Source of the DNA: Neocallimastix sp. 'constans'
Taxonomy: Eukaryota
Length of the DNA: 64,000 nucleotides
Reading direction: 5' to 3'
Assembly: GCA_050613775.1 (NCBI GenBank)
Contig: JBODTK010000127.1
Span: 186,001-250,000 of the forward strand
In this document: positions 48,701-64,000 of the stretch, piece by piece
How positions within the stretch are numbered: the stretch's first letter is position 1
How the letters are laid out: the number at the start of each line of letters is the position of its first letter
Translations under genes and position numbers: made by a program
Notes under the pieces: generated by a model
Told to the model about the DNA's origin: nothing
Seen by the model: the letters and a program-made list of their open reading frames with translations, nothing else
Database searches by the model: none

Positions 48701-51700
48701 TCATGGATATTGAAAATAATAAAATACATTATACTAACGATGTAGAATTCGTTGAAGAAGAGCCTAGTAAACACTAATACGAAACAAGCAATTATAAAGA
48801 CTCTTACTTCTCATTTATGAAAGACAACAATAGAAAAGATATGAATCCAGAAGATAATATTATAAATGAAGATAATAATATAAATGAAGATAATAATATG
48901 AACAATGAAAATAATTTTAATGGAAGAAACATCTTAAATGAAGAAAACAGTTTAAATGAAAATATTAATAATGAAAGGACTACTAATACAGAACATAAAA
49001 GTAATTACATTAAAAATAAGCATGTCAATAATATATCGTTAAATGAAGAAAATCAAGAATTTGATAATAAAGATATAAACCAGAAAAATAACCATAATTT
49101 AAATAAAGATGTTGAAATTAATTCTAAAATTAATCCTGAAATTAAAAATAAAAATAATTGTGAATTTAAATTGAAATTCAATTTCAACAATGTTGACAAA
49201 AATAATTATGAAAATAATTATTTGAATGAGATAAATAGAAATTTAGAAATAATATATAAAAATTATAATAAAAAGTTTAGAAATAATACTAAGAATACCA
49301 ATTTTAATTCTAACATTATTGAAAAATATAAACCAGAAGATCCTGCTTACGCCGCCTCAACTTCCAGCAGGAACAAAGGAAAAGAATAAATAACCGAATT
49401 TGAAAATTTTGATAAAAATAAAATATTTTTAAATAATGAAAAATCAAGCCAAAATTTACAGAATTTTACAATAAATAATAATAATATGAAAAAAAATTTT
49501 AATAATAAAAATTTTTCAAAAAATGATGAAAAAATTCAAGAAAATCTATTGGCTGAAGCAAAATCACATTCATATCATATCAAAAAATTTTCAAATAATT
49601 CAATAATTTCAAATAACACTAATGAATCACATATTACATATGACAACAATAATGATTCACATAAATCTATTAATAATTCAAATAAATCAATGAATATCAA
49701 AAATTTTCCAAAAAATGATCAAAATTTTATTAATAAAAATTTTTTATCGAAAAATAATAAATTAATTCAACAAAATTCAAAATCCAGCGACTCTATGAAG
49801 AAAAACTATAATTTCTCCACTCCTACAATAGATATCAATTATATTCCTTCAGATAATAAAAATACGGTAATGGAAAATCTTAAAAATATAACTCTTCCAT
49901 ATAATATTAATCAGAATTTACCTTTAATAACCGATTCTTCAACCAACCAAATTTCTCAAAAAACAGACGAAATTTCACTTACTAATAATAACGAAATAAA
50001 TAATAAATTTAACAACAATAATATAGTAAATAAAGAAAATTATGCCCACAAATCTCTTATAGATGCATCAAGTGTTATTGATTTTAATAATGATGAAATT
50101 ATGGATGACATTGTAGCCAATACAGAATATGGCAATATCCATAAAAGACCACTTAGTCCAAAATATAAAGAGACTGCACCTACTAATATTAGTTCTCGTA
50201 GAAAACTAGACCAAATCAACGACATTATTATTGCTTCTATATTTTGTCACATTCCTAATACGTATGAAGAAGCAATAAACAGTGAAGACAAAAATAACTG
50301 GATTGAGGCTATTAATGATGAACTTAATAACCTTTATTCTAATAATATTATGACTTTTGTTAAAAATGTACCTAAAAACAAGAACATCATTACCACAAAA
50401 TGGGTTTTCAACACTAAACGTGATTCAAATAATAATATTTATAAATATAAAGCTCGTTTAGTTGCTCGTGGATTTAAACAAAAATGGGGAATCGATTATG
50501 AATTAACTTTTTCTCCTACTCTAAACATTGATGGTCTTAAATTAATATTCGCTATTTCTGCTGCTCTTAAGTGGAATATTTTCCAGCTAGATATAAAGGC
50601 CGCTTACCTTAATGCTCCGCTTGATAAAGATATTTATACTACTATTCCTAAAGGCGATACGCGCTTTGGGCGGGGATATTGGAAGCTCAACAAAGCTTTG
50701 TATGGCCTTAAGCAATCTGGTAGACAATGGTATAATACCATTAGAAAATTTCTAATAAAAAATAAGTTCATTCAAATTAAATCCGAACAATGTATTTTCA
50801 AATGTACAAAAAATAATATAACAAAATGCATTATCGGCTTGTACGTGGACGACATGGTCATCGCTGGAGAAAACGAATACATTAAACAAATAATAAATAA
50901 AATAAAATCAAAATTTAAAATATCTAAATGTGATCCAATTGAATACATATTAGGAATTGAAGTAAAGAAAGAAAATAATTCATATATTATTTCACAGAAA
51001 AATTTTATAAATAATATGTTATATAAATTTAATATTGATAATACAAAGAAAAGAAAAACACCATGTACTGGTGATAATAAAATATCAGAAAACAATAAAC
51101 CTTTCGATAAAACAATCTACAAAAGCGCAATAGGTTCCTTAATATACCTTTCGAAATGTACTAGACCTGACATAGCTTTCGCTGTAAATAAAGCTTCAAG
51201 AAAATGTGAAAATCCAACTATATCGGATTGGAACAAAATAATAAATATTCTAAAATATATTAATAGTACCAAAGAATTTAAGATAGAATATAATGGAAAG
51301 GGGGAGCTTGTTGCATATACCGACTCTGACTTTGCCGGCTGTTTGGAAGATAGAAAATCTACCTCAGGAGGAATAATACTTATGGGAACAAGTCCGATAT
51401 GCTGGTTGTCCAAGAAACAAACAAGTGTTGCTACGTCTACTGCTGAAGCAGAGTACATAAGCACTTCCGAAAATATAAAGAAAATATTATGGATTAGAAA
51501 TATAATAAAAGAAATTTTAAACAAATGGATAACTGTTAAAATCTATACAGATAATCAAGCAAGTAAGAAAATAATGGAGAACGGAGAAATAAATACAAAA
51601 TTAAAGCATATAAGTGTAAGATATCATTTCAACAGGGACAATATTGCAAAGAAGAAAGTAAAATTAGAATATATTGATACTGAAAACATGCTAGCGGACA

Positions 51701-52102
51701 TATTAACCAAGGACTCAAATGGACCAAAGATACAAAAATTTACAAACAACATTTTTATCTAAAAATATTATTTGAGGGGGAGTGTTGACTGCACTCATAA
51801 TTTAACTATATATTTAATTTATTTATTTATAGTATTTATTTATATTTATGTGTATTTATTTATTTATATTTAATGATTACTTAAATGTATTATGATCTAT
51901 CGTCTTGTATAAATCTATGTTAATTATCTTTTAATATTTATTTAATTAATTTTTAATTTATTTTATGTTATGGAAAACGCATGTTGTAACATGTGACTTT
52001 ATTACTTATTTAAAGCCGAAAGATAGATCATACACTTATTTCCCTTGTATACCATATTCCATAAGGAATATTATTATAGATCTAAATTTAATAAAGCTAA
52101 CA
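45743..52102 (+). mobile_element. Ty1/Copia element 'G'
   Basis: 320-bp LTRs at 45743-46062 and 51783-52102, apparently identical. TSD ATTAT. PBS 46062-46074. PPT GAGGGGGAG 51774-51782. Confidence 0.95.
46138..51762 (+). pseudogene. Copia Gag-PR-IN-RT-RNaseH of G, single frame with two TAA stops (48775-48777, 49387-49389)
   Basis: CHICEVKGHSTRNC, WLYDTGA, WHRRLGH, HSD/SDGG/AER integrase, KARLVARG, YVDD, AYTDSD. All three ORFs share one frame. Confidence 0.9.
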
Positions 52103-52151
<49 letters not shown>

Positions 52152-52173
52152 TATTATTATTATTATTATTATT

Positions 52174-58843
<6,670 letters not shown>

Positions 58844-59076
58844 GTTATCCATTTCCATTTCCATCGTATTATTATTAGCAGGAATTTTAATAGGTTGCGG
58901 GTTTGAGAATAAGTTTTCTTTAGTTGTTTTTTGACGATAAGGTGTGTTATCAATTTTATTTTTTGTTTTCCTAATGGCCGCAGCAACAATTTTCTGTTCA
59001 GAAGGGTCTTGTATAGTATGAATTATTGGTTGATGTGAATAGGTTTGATTTCTGGGAGTATTCCTTCTCCCATTAA

Positions 59077-60327
59077 TTAGTTTAAAGGCTTATTGTTATT
59101 ATTAATATTATTGATACTAAGATTTCCTTCTTCTTCCATTATGGCTAATTCACGATAAGAATATGGACAATCTTGTAATTTATGTCCGAATTGATTGCAT
59201 TTAAAACATTTTAATGTTTTACTATTATTATTAATATAATTGTTATTATTGACATTATTATAATTATTATTTTTAGCTTGTTTATTCAAATTCCTATCAT
59301 TGTTTACATTGTTTGTGAGGAATCTTTCATTATTAATATTATTATTGCTATTACTATTATATCTCGTATTATTGAAGTTATTAATTTTATTAAAATTATT
59401 ATTATCATTTTTCAAATAATTATTATTGAAATTGTTCCTATTGTAACTGTCAAAATTATTAAAATTATTATTATGATAATTGTTATAAGGGTCATATTGA
59501 GAATTGTTATTGTTTAATCCGTGGTTAAATCGGTTATTGTATTCATTATTATTATAAAGATTAGAACAAGCATTATAATAATTATTATACTTTCTATTAT
59601 ATCTAAAATTCATATTTCCATAGTTATTAGGAATATTGAAGGATTTATTATTAGTATAAAGGAAGGGATTTATGTTATTATCAAAAGTGTCATAATAAGG
59701 ATTATTGTGTAAGAAATTAAAAGGAGAGCTATTGGGCATATAATAAGGATTGTATTGAAAACTATTATTTTCATTTCCCAGAGCCATTATTATGTTATTC
59801 GTAATGTTTGGTACTTCAGTTGCATTTTCGGCTAATTCAGCAATTTGGAGTGCCTCTTCAAGTGTGTCTGGTTGAGCAGTAATTATTTGGGTTCTGGCAA
59901 AAGGTCTACTTGATATAGAATTACAATAATCTTTAATTGTGATAAATTCCTGAGATTCAGGGTTTAATGAATTATGTAAGTTATTATATCTCCAATTAAA
60001 ATCCCTAATAGTTTCGTTTCTTCTTATTTTAAGTGCTTTTAAATTAAAGCATTTTTCTTGTTGGGTAACCTCCAGATAATCTTCAATAGCAGTTTTCATT
60101 TCGTTAATATAAGGATAGGTAACATCATCACCATCTATAGTCTTAAGGTCTTCGAGTATACCCTTTAGACGTCCCTGAACGCACTCTTTTGCCCCCGCGA
60201 AAATCCTTTTTGGTTCCTCAATGTTAGCAAGTTCCATAATTCTTTGGAACTCCTCGGCCCAACTTTCTATATCCCTATCATGATTTCCTAACCTAGGAAT
60301 TATATGGGAAATTTCACTGATTTTCAT
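59077..60327 (-). CDS. gag: Gag of C2
   Basis: 416-aa open paralog of 17163..18410. Confidence 0.85.
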   Translation of the reverse strand: MKISEISHIIPRLGNHDRDIESWAEEFQRIMELANIEEPKRIFAGAKECVQGRLKGILEDLKTIDGDDVTYPYINEMKTAIEDYLEVTQQEKCFNLKALKIRRNETIRDFNWRYNNLHNSLNPESQEFITIKDYCNSISSRPFARTQIITAQPDTLEEALQIAELAENATEVPNITNNIIMALGNENNSFQYNPYYMPNSSPFNFLHNNPYYDTFDNNINPFLYTNNKSFNIPNNYGNMNFRYNRKYNNYYNACSNLYNNNEYNNRFNHGLNNNNSQYDPYNNYHNNNFNNFDSYNRNNFNNNYLKNDNNNFNKINNFNNTRYNSNSNNNINNERFLTNNVNNDRNLNKQAKNNNYNNVNNNNYINNNSKTLKCFKCNQFGHKLQDCPYSYRELAIMEEEGNLSINNINNNNKPLN

Positions 60328-60963
60328 CTTAAAATAAAATTTTTTTTTTTATAACTAAAAGTTATTTAATAATATAAAATTGAGAAAAAAAATATATATT
60401 TTATAAAAAGGTTATTTAATAATATAAAATTGAATATATATATATATATATATATTTTATAAAAAAAATATTTAATAATATAAAATTGAATATATATATA
60501 TATATATTTTATAAAAAAAATATTTAATAATATAAAATTGAAGAAAAAAATTATTTAATAATATAAAATTGAGAAAAAAATTTTTTTTTTTTTTTTTTTA
60601 TATAAAAATAATAATTTAATAATATAAAAATAAAAAAAATTTTTTTTTTTTTTTTTTTATAAAAAATATTTCCTCTGAAACTTCTTTAAAAAAAAATAAA
60701 ATCTTTGTTTCCTCAGAAACAAAATAAAAAAAATCTATTATTTTAATATTAATTTAAGTGTTTATTTCATATTTTTGTGTGTGCGCCCGGATTCTCCACC
60801 AATTTCTGATATGGGCATAGATCACACACAATATTTAAAAAACACAATATTAAATATTATAAATAAATTTTTATTAGTTTAAAAGTATTTTATAAATTCT
60901 TATTTTATTTTATTGTCTTTATGTATGCTTATTTGAAGTAAATAAGTTAGTTACGGATCACGA

Positions 60964-61967
60964 TGTAATAATTTAATTAAAAAATTATAATTAAATTATT
61001 AATCATTAATATTAGCTCTAACTGCTAATATTAAAGGTTTAGAAAAGAATCATACTTACCTATGGTTCTTTCTAATTATCGAGTTTATTATAACGAATTA
61101 TAACAGACGAAACACTAAAATTGATAAAGAAAAGTTTTAATTATAAAATTTGTTTTTAAAATAATTTGTTTTATTAATTATTAGAAACTTTAAATGTTAA
61201 AACTATTATTATTATTATTATTATTATTATATTATAATTGTTATAATAATAATTCTTGATTTCTCAAAGAGAACTCAAGAGCCTTATTTATACTTTTTTG
61301 TCAAAATAAGGTTAAAATCAAAAGGGGTTCTAATATTAACAAATTTCTTATCTAGGAAAAGACTAGAAGAAAAACCTAGATAAGTTTTTGATCGATATTC
61401 TATCCATATCGATCATCTCGTAAATTAAGTAAAACCGATTACTTTTAAGAAATAATTGGAAAAACCTTAATTAACCGATTACTTAATCTAATATAATGAT
61501 CAAAAATAAAAGAGTAAAATAATGAAAATTATTTCGATCATAAATTTTAAAATTTAATTTATTTAGTTCTATTTTATAGAACTTTACATAAAAATATAAA
61601 ACAATACATTAATAATAAAAATACATGATTAATAAAATACAGAATACATGATAGAATACAGAATACATGATAAAATACAGAATAGTGTTTTAGTTTATGA
61701 TTTAATAAGTAAGAGAAAACTAAAACTAATAAATTTAATAATAAAGTGAATAATTAAATAAATTTAATATTATTTTAAATGTATAAAAATTATTTAATTA
61801 AATAAAATTTTAATATTAAACTAAATAAATTTTTAATATGTAATTAAATAAATTATTAATTATAATTAAGTGTATAAATGAAATATGAGTTAAATAAAAG
61901 TTATATTAATTATAACTTAACTAAGAAAATATAATTATTTTGTTGAAAATAATTATATTTTCTTACA
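60964..61967 (-). mobile_element. Solo LTR of a D-related self-priming family ('D2')
   Basis: Reverse-complement similarity to the D LTR (e.g. TCTTGATTTCTCAAAGAGAACTCAAGAGCCTTATTTATA); TGTAA...TTACA ends; TSD CACGA at 60959-60963 and 61968-61972. Confidence 0.9.
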
Positions 61968-61974
61968 CACGAAT

Positions 61975-64000
61975 TGGGACGTAATGCTCTTATAAATTAT
62001 AAAATTTTATATTCAAAAGAAAAAAAAATTTATTCTTTATTACACTATATTAATAAATAATAATATTATTGATTATCTATATATAATCCTATAATATTAT
62101 TATTCTTCCCTTTTTTATTTTTTTTATAACTTTATTTTATTTTTTTTTATAAAATTTTTCTTCCCCCTTTTCCAAAAAAAAAAAAAAAAATATTTTTTTT
62201 TCTATTTGTATATTATTTTTTTTATTATATATATAATGTTTATAATTTATTTTTAAGAACATATTTCATATTTTTAAATAATTTTATATACTTTAATTAC
62301 ATATTAATTAAAAATAATAATTTTATACTTTAAATATAACTTAGAAATTTTTAACTATTTAATTTACTATTTACAATAATAATAATAATAATATTATTTT
62401 TTTTTTTTTTATAACTAGAAATATAATTTAATTTAATAATTTAATTGTTTGTTGATAAAATTTTATTAATTTGTTTGCTTTAGATTGTTTTAATTAAAAC
62501 CTAAATAATTTTTTTTTTTTTAATTAATTAATTTCTTTCCGAAAATTTTAGGAATTTCATATTTTTCTGAACACAACGTTCCAAGACGTCCCCCTCTAGA
62601 AGAAGGCTTCGTCCCTTGAAGTCCACGTTAATCAGCTATAATCTAGAAAAATAGGGGATAACGTTCTTTAAATGAACATTCCTTTCCGCAATTTCTCCTG
62701 AAATGGGATCACAAACTGTAATTGTATTAAACTCCTTCTTGACTATTTTTAGCGGTCCAGTGAAATATGGATCTCTTCTCAGGCTACCACCAAGTACCGA
62801 TGTACACAGAAGACCAAGATATAACTTGCTTTACGACGCTCTATGGAAATTATAATTTCAAAGTCATGCCCTTCGGATTGTGTAACGCACCTGCGACCTT
62901 CCAAAGGGAGATGAATAGAATTTTCTTCGACCTAATTGGAGAATGTGTTTTTATCTATATTGATGATTTAGTAGTATTTTCGCCCTCTTATGAACAACAC
63001 ATTAGGGATCTTGCAAACGTTTTCACTGTACTTTAAGAAAACGGATTAAAATTAAATTTAGAAAAATGTCATTTCTTCCAAGAGGAAGTGGAACTGCTAG
63101 GCCATATCCTATCTACTAAAGGTATTAAGCCTATACCAGAGAAGGTAAAGACAATTTTTCATTGGCTTCCCCCGAATAATGTATCTAAGCTTCATTCATT
63201 TTTAGGAGCGGTGGGATACTACCGGAAGCTTATTAAGGACTTCGCCCAAATCGCAAACCCTCTCTTTAAACTGTTAAAGAAAAATTCAACGTTCGAGTGG
63301 ACTTCGGAAGCCGACTTAGCTTTTAAGACTTTGAAGGAACGATTAGTACAAACTCCAATCTTGGTACCACCTGATTTTGGTAAGCCATTCATTATAAGGA
63401 ATGATGCCTCTCGGAGTGGAATAGGAGGTGTCATTATGCAAAAGGATGATAAGGGAGTTGAAAGACCAATCCATTATATCAGTCGAGCGCTTAAGAAAGC
63501 CGAGAACAAATATAGTGTCACTGACTTAGAGGGGACTGCAGCCTTGTATTGCATCAAGAAATTTAAGCATTACATATTAGGGAACAATTTTGGTACTACC
63601 TTGTTAACTGATCACAAGCCATTAGTTGGGATCTGTAATAACACGGAGCCTTCCAATAATCGACATGCAAAGTGGATAACCACATTAAGTGCGCTTCAGG
63701 TTAAAGTTCGATTTGAGGAAGGAAAGAAAAATGTAATTGCGGATGCACTATCTAGGATGGAAACCAAAAATATGATTGTGGAAGAATTGGAGAAAGAGAA
63801 CAACGAAGTGGTATTGATTTCTCAAAATATTGAAGACTTTATTAATCAAAGAATTATAGAGATCTTCTCCTGTTTTAGCTTCTCTTAGTTCTTTAAGCCG
63901 CTCTACTTTATTTCTCTGTTTGACTGGTTCTATTCTTTTCTCGGCTAAATACGATAGATCTAAGTGATCCAACCGCGAAGTATTGGAATGGTTATTTTGA
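61975..64000 (-). mobile_element. Rearranged Gypsy element 'J': 3' LTR, PPT, integrase tail, inverted RT/RNaseH fragment
   Basis: LTR 61975-62583 (TGGGACGT...ACGTTCCA). PPT AGAGGGGGA at ~62589-62597. Minus-strand DPYFTGPLKIVKKEFNT...NVHLKN at 62636-62773. Confidence 0.75.
62770..63864 (+). pseudogene. pol: Inverted RT-RNaseH fragment (Gypsy)
   Basis: DLFSGYHQ...YIDD...RNDAS...ADALSR with an internal stop at 63034-63036; bounded by GATC at both ends. Confidence 0.85.

Overview
Very AT-rich eukaryotic DNA with GT-AG introns, Asn-rich ORFs and long homopolymer/(ATT)n tracts. It resembles an anaerobic gut fungus (Neocallimastigomycota), but that is an inference. Most of the window is transposable elements: about ten Ty3/Gypsy LTR elements or solo LTRs, two Ty1/Copia elements and one Mutator-like (MULE) transposon. 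These surround a small host island with a YqjM/NamA-type Old Yellow Enzyme gene and ribosomal protein eS25 (RPS25), divergently oriented. The main finding is that the Gypsy elements are stacked end to end rather than nested at random. From 3.6 to 33.2 kb, six units from different families are separated only by shared 4-5 bp target-site duplications (GAGT/AGAG/AAGAG), so all integrated within about 1 bp of one site. That site lies just upstream of an A-box/B-box pair with tRNA-like spacing. A second stack with a different target sequence (CACGA/CGAAT) starts near 61 kb, which points to position-specific rather than sequence-specific targeting. Other signals: Tf1-type self-priming in two chromodomain-less elements, a covarying RNA motif (AGUAGAG/GAGGUCGAA) shared by two divergent 5' leaders, conserved -1 frameshift cassettes, tRNA-Lys anticodon-arm priming and (ATT)n insertion sites in both Copia elements, and a fragment rearranged at GATC sites. 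All alignments and folds were done by eye.
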